In this document: positions 60,121-64,000 of the stretch, piece by piece
How the letters are laid out: the number at the start of each line of letters is the position of its first letter
How positions within the stretch are numbered: position 1 is the first letter of the stretch
NCBI GenBank assembly: GCA_963726455.1
Contig: CAVSCK010000005.1
Span: 128,001-192,000, forward strand
Origin: an uncultured bacterium
GTDB lineage: Bacteria; Zixibacteria; MSB-5A5; CAIYYT01
Length of the DNA stretch: 64,000 nucleotides
Direction: 5' to 3'
Notes under the pieces: model-generated
Database searches by the model: none
What the model was told of the DNA's origin: nothing
What the model saw: the letters and a program-made list of their open reading frames with translations, nothing else
Position numbers and translations under genes: made by a program

Positions 60121-61248
60121 ATGGCACATACCTATACCCCCGGTTTGAAAGTTTCCGAAAAGGAACTGATTACCAAGAAGAGAATTCTCCCGCTCAAGGG
60201 TGACGTGATCGTCAAAGTCGGCGACAAGGTTCATCCCGATGACGTGGTAGCGCGCACGCATCTTCCCGGCCCGGTGGAAACCACCAACGTCGCCAATATC
60301 CTGGGCGTGCCGCCGGAAGACATCATGGCTTGCATGCTGAAGAAAGAAGGCGATCCGGTCAAGCCAAATGAAGTGATCGCGATGAACAAGTCATTCTTCG
60401 GGCTGTTCAAGTCGGAAGCGCGCTCCAAGATCGAAGGCAGCATCGAGACCATCTCGCAAGTCACCGGACAGGTGCTGCTGCGCGGCCTGCCGGTACCGGT
60501 GCAAGTCAAGGCATACCTGGAATCGGAAGTCGTGGAGACTTTCCCGAAAGAGGGTGTAGCGGTGTCGTGCTATGGATCGTTCGTGCAGGGAATTTTCGGC
60601 ATCGGCGGCGAGACGCACGGCGAATTGAAATGCGTGGTGCCGGATAACAGAACACCGCTGACCGACAACCTGATCGACGAATCATGCAAAGGCAAGATTC
60701 TGCTCGGTGGGTCAATCGTTACGGCGGATGCAGTTAGAAAAGCGATTAAGGTCGGAGCAGCGGGAATTGTCACCGGCGGGTTTTCGGACAAAGACCTACG
60801 CGATTTCCTTGGCTACGATATCGGTGTGGCGATTACCGGTTCAGAAGATCTCGGTGTGACGCTGGTGTTCACCGAGGGATTCGGCGAGATCATGATGGCG
60901 AAGAAGACGTTCGATCTGCTCAAGTCCAAAGTCGGCCAAATTGCCTGTATCAACGGCGCAACACAGATTCGCGCGGGCGTCATTCGGCCGGAAGTGATTA
61001 TACCGATCAAGAGCGATATCAAAATAACTCAAGGCGTCGCCGCCAAGCACGGGCAAGGTCTGGACATCGGATCGCCAATTCGCGTGATTCGCGCCCCCTA
61101 TTTCGGCAAGCTGGGCAAGGTGACGGCATTACCATCACCGTTGCAGGTACTCGAATCGGAATCCAAGGCGCGTGTGCTGGAGGTGGAGTTTGAATCGGGT
61201 GAAAGGGCGACAATTCCGCGGGCGAATGTGGAGATGATCGAGGAGTAG
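60121..61248 (+). CDS. Conserved hypothetical partner of the GlmL-like ATPase (barrel-sandwich hybrid repeats, C-terminal KOW/SH3-like)
   Basis: 'VKVGDKV.PDDVVA', 'LKKEGDPVK..EVIA', 'TEGFG', C-terminal 'IGSPIRVIRAPYFG.LGKV'. Confidence 0.75.
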   Translation: MAHTYTPGLKVSEKELITKKRILPLKGDVIVKVGDKVHPDDVVARTHLPGPVETTNVANILGVPPEDIMACMLKKEGDPVKPNEVIAMNKSFFGLFKSEARSKIEGSIETISQVTGQVLLRGLPVPVQVKAYLESEVVETFPKEGVAVSCYGSFVQGIFGIGGETHGELKCVVPDNRTPLTDNLIDESCKGKILLGGSIVTADAVRKAIKVGAAGIVTGGFSDKDLRDFLGYDIGVAITGSEDLGVTLVFTEGFGEIMMAKKTFDLLKSKVGQIACINGATQIRAGVIRPEVIIPIKSDIKITQGVAAKHGQGLDIGSPIRVIRAPYFGKLGKVTALPSPLQVLESESKARVLEVEFESGERATIPRANVEMIEE

Positions 61249-61372
61249 TCGATTCGCTTCTTCTTCCAGAAACTCAGGCGGACGCTACGGCATCCCCTGC
61301 GGGCAATGCATGTCAGCAGATAACCTCCGGTGGCCTTAGTGTTGCGATGCTCAACTGCCGCGTGGTGATTTA

Positions 61373-61717
61373 ATGGTTGATTGGAAAGACGAAAAGGTCT
61401 GGGCGACCTTGTGCCATCTGAGCGCAATCATCGGATTCGTGCTTCCCTTCGGACATATCATCGGACCGTTTATGTTCTGGATGGTCAAGAAAGATGAGTC
61501 GCCGCTGGTTGATTCCTGCGGCAAGGAAGCGATGAATTTTCAGATCAGCATGACGATCTACATGATCATCGCGGTACTGCTGATGCTGGTAATATACGGG
61601 GGGCCCCTATTCGTGGGGCTAGTATTCGTCGATCTGTTCCTGGTGATCAGCGCCTCGGTGAAGACTTCAGAAGGTCAGACATACAGGTATCCACTGACGA
61701 TTCGGTTGATCAAGTGA
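61373..61717 (+). CDS. DUF4870-family membrane protein
   Basis: 'WATLCHLS', 'GP..W..KK', 'GKEAMNFQIS', 'YRYPLTIRLIK'. Confidence 0.85.
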   Translation: MVDWKDEKVWATLCHLSAIIGFVLPFGHIIGPFMFWMVKKDESPLVDSCGKEAMNFQISMTIYMIIAVLLMLVIYGGPLFVGLVFVDLFLVISASVKTSEGQTYRYPLTIRLIK

Positions 61718-62063
61718 CTGTGATCTTACTGCGACGGTTTCGGGGGTGAGGATTGCCAGCCGGGAACTGCCCATAATGACGTGTGGGTCGATGTAACAAA
61801 TCGTTCCCCCAATGGCGGTTGTCGATTCGGGAGGAACCTGATTCGATTACGAATATTTGCGAATTATTGCGACCGTGGCCAATGGCGCTTTCAATCGTGC
61901 CGCCGCTTGAGACGATGACGCTGAGTCGCTTCTGGCATCAGCAATTCGCGAGCCGTCGCCGAAATTTTGCCGCCGTTACGCTGCAACGTCAATCGCAATT
62001 GAGATCCTTCTCCGCTTCGCCCAAGGTGAGCGGCTGGACTCCATGCGAGATACAAGAGCATAA

Positions 62064-63554
62064 TCATAATGCTAATGAAGCGACCACTCGAATGATACGC
62101 CGTGCAGAGATAAAGTAGTATTTCTTCTCAGGATCGGAAATGGTCACGGTCAACAAATACTTGCTACTCTTCAAGCCAGACTCAAGACTTGCCGACATAT
62201 CGACTGGGATTACTCCGTCTGCCGAGTCAAACTTTCTCTTTAGCAAAGTCTTGGTCTTGGACTTGGACTTTGACTGATTCATGATTTCAAGCAACTTATT
62301 CCTTCGATCCGATTCCCATTCACCATCCTTGAAAGGTATTCCAAGACTATCCTCGACAACGACCGGCTCTGAAGTTGAAATTGTGCCTTCGTTGTTACGT
62401 ACTATGTCAGGAATTCTTTGCAGAGTCAGCCAAGCCACAAACTCCATTCCATGTCTCTCTGGAAGCGTGACTTCAAAGTAGACACTGAGATTTCTGTATA
62501 GTAAAGCCTCGGGATTGTCATACAGTTCTGACTTTGTTCCTCGAATTATTCCAGATTCTACATTATCGCCTGTCGCAATGCTCTTGTTGAGTATCAGTAG
62601 GTCACTTATCTTTTGGTCCTTTGGTATCTCAAACTTGATCCAATCGTCTCCTTCATTACCCGCATCTCCTTTGACCAACAAGTGAGCATTGTAAGTTCCA
62701 GGTTGCAGCTTTGTAAGATTGAGATAAGACATGGCTCTAAACTGAGAACGATCCCTGCGACTGGCTGCAGTGAGAACACCCCGGAGTATTTGAAGATCAC
62801 ATACCTGAGACGCACTATCCAAGAAGACGGACTTTGTACTATCGAAAAGCTCAACCCTGACTCTGAGGTATCTGAGTTTGAGAGTTGCGGCTGTGAACTG
62901 ATCGCCAGGTACCCAGACACTGAACCAAACATCAGTGGCCGAGTCAGATGGAAACTTTGAGCAGTTGATCAGAGGCCAGATTGGATGAGCCAAGGGAAAC
63001 CCTTGCTCATCCTCCTCAACTATATGAGTTGGATAGTTCCTATCAAACTCAGACCAACATGAGATTTCCAAAGGCTTCTGACCATCCTCTGCTGATGGCC
63101 AAATGAACGTCCAAAGTCTGCAATCTTTACCTGCCTTGCATTTCCCAGTCATAATGATCTCGTTTTTCGGTATACCATTCTGGATGAACAATGACCAGCG
63201 TGAGTCAGGCAACGGATCGTCTATAGTAGTTCCAAGCAGGCCTTTGGCTCGCAGCGAGTCACAATAGTTCAAACGCCGGGCTATTTCGTCCCATGTTCTC
63301 TTGTAACCTCGCGCCCAGACATTGACACAGGTTTGAACTTCGTGAAAGTCATACGCCATTGTGAACTCTCTCTTGGCGTACTCTGGATCGACAATCAGAA
63401 AGAGGGCATACATACGCTGGATGTATGCCCTCTCCTCGGTATCTTGAACTGTGGACAATGATCGAAGTATTGGTTCCTGTGTTTGCATCTGAGCCAGACT
63501 TTGAGTGCTGGCACAGATTAGAAATAGCAACAACAGTAGGATACGTTTGGGCAT
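62064..63554 (-). CDS. Secreted hypothetical protein, possibly with a degenerate GWxTD-like domain
   Basis: Signal peptide; 'EIARRLNYCD...DSRWSLFIQNGIPKNEI' loosely resembles the GWxTD core (TDRG.IYI.YG.P); AT-richer codons. Confidence 0.6.
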   Translation of the reverse strand: MPKRILLLLLFLICASTQSLAQMQTQEPILRSLSTVQDTEERAYIQRMYALFLIVDPEYAKREFTMAYDFHEVQTCVNVWARGYKRTWDEIARRLNYCDSLRAKGLLGTTIDDPLPDSRWSLFIQNGIPKNEIIMTGKCKAGKDCRLWTFIWPSAEDGQKPLEISCWSEFDRNYPTHIVEEDEQGFPLAHPIWPLINCSKFPSDSATDVWFSVWVPGDQFTAATLKLRYLRVRVELFDSTKSVFLDSASQVCDLQILRGVLTAASRRDRSQFRAMSYLNLTKLQPGTYNAHLLVKGDAGNEGDDWIKFEIPKDQKISDLLILNKSIATGDNVESGIIRGTKSELYDNPEALLYRNLSVYFEVTLPERHGMEFVAWLTLQRIPDIVRNNEGTISTSEPVVVEDSLGIPFKDGEWESDRRNKLLEIMNQSKSKSKTKTLLKRKFDSADGVIPVDMSASLESGLKSSKYLLTVTISDPEKKYYFISARRIIRVVASLAL

Positions 63555-63579
63555 CTGAACCTCAGTCGCTCACCGCCTC

Positions 63580-63768
63580 TCAGATCCCTGGTTGGTCACA
63601 ATAGGTACATGTCCAAATGCACCAACCACTGACTGAAAAGCAGCAGATCTCGTAGCAGCGATTTGCTGAAGTTGTCGATCCCTTGTTACCTTGACTCGCA
63701 ATGCTGAGTCCGGTTAGGAACAAAGCCAGCAACAAACCCGCAACTACCTGCCTCCAGAGTCTTCTCAT
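63580..63768 (-). CDS. Small secreted Cys-rich peptide (62 aa, 6 Cys)
   Basis: Signal peptide MRRLWRQVVAGLLLALFLTGLSIA; CYEICCFSVSGWCIWTCTYC; AGGGGG RBS; ATGA overlap with the upstream ORF stop. Confidence 0.6.
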   Translation of the reverse strand: MRRLWRQVVAGLLLALFLTGLSIASQGNKGSTTSANRCYEICCFSVSGWCIWTCTYCDQPGI

Positions 63769-63998
63769 TTAATCCCCCTAATCTGAGCATGTCCACCAAA
63801 ATACCTGTTCAACCTTTCAAACGAAAGATTGTCTTCTTTTATAGTCATCAATGTAATTCCAGTAACGGGATCGATTGCAGTTCTGGTGATTGCATATCTA
63901 TCCTGCTTTTCCGATGGACAGCCGCAGTCAGAAATACCGGTCAACTCATAGAAATAGGTCGAGTCTGATTGAAAGACGATAGAAAGTCTGACTGCCTG
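63765..63998 (-). CDS. 3' end of a hypothetical protein entering from the right edge
   Basis: Manual translation ...QAVRLSIVFQSDSTYFYELTGISDCGCPSEKQ...GGHAQIRGIK*; stop overlaps the start of the peptide gene. Confidence 0.55.
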   Translation of the reverse strand, partial: QAVRLSIVFQSDSTYFYELTGISDCGCPSEKQDRYAITRTAIDPVTGITLMTIKEDNLSFERLNRYFGGHAQIRGIK

Positions 63999-64000
63999 AT

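Overview
Bacterial chromosomal window. The paired 'GDANxDGxVDISDAVYLIxYIFxGGPAP' dockerins and 'QNYPNPFNP...KKMVLLK' FlgD-Ig/T9SS-type C-terminal domains suggest an FCB-group lineage such as Zixibacteria (inference only). Positions 1-32.9 kb form a co-oriented minus-strand cluster of secreted modular proteins built from cohesin-like and dockerin modules with no recognisable glycoside hydrolase. It holds two S8 proteases, an Asp-box protein, a ~14-kb giant LamG + ~46 cadherin-like Ig + dockerin gene (split by six frameshifts, probably assembly errors), three cohesin/dockerin/CTD scaffoldin-like proteins and a small cohesin-dockerin adaptor; a further dockerin protein lies at 54-58 kb. This looks like a non-cellulolytic, cellulosome-like surface assembly with two dockerin classes and is the main candidate novel system. 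Also present: a candidate ~90-nt sRNA, an RqlH/RqlI-like RecQ-PRTase + DprA pair, a DUF4258/YgiT-finger toxin-antitoxin-like pair, a beta-helix CTD protein, stress/membrane genes, an FHA-GAF-PP2C phosphatase, an ABC-2 exporter, a GTAG-REP tandem array, an MtrAB-type porin-cytochrome operon preceded by a Rex box, an AAA+/vWA pair, glgP, a GlmL-family ATPase with partner, DUF4870, and an AT-richer terminal islet encoding a Cys-rich secreted peptide. All domain calls are by eye from motifs; no database searches were run.
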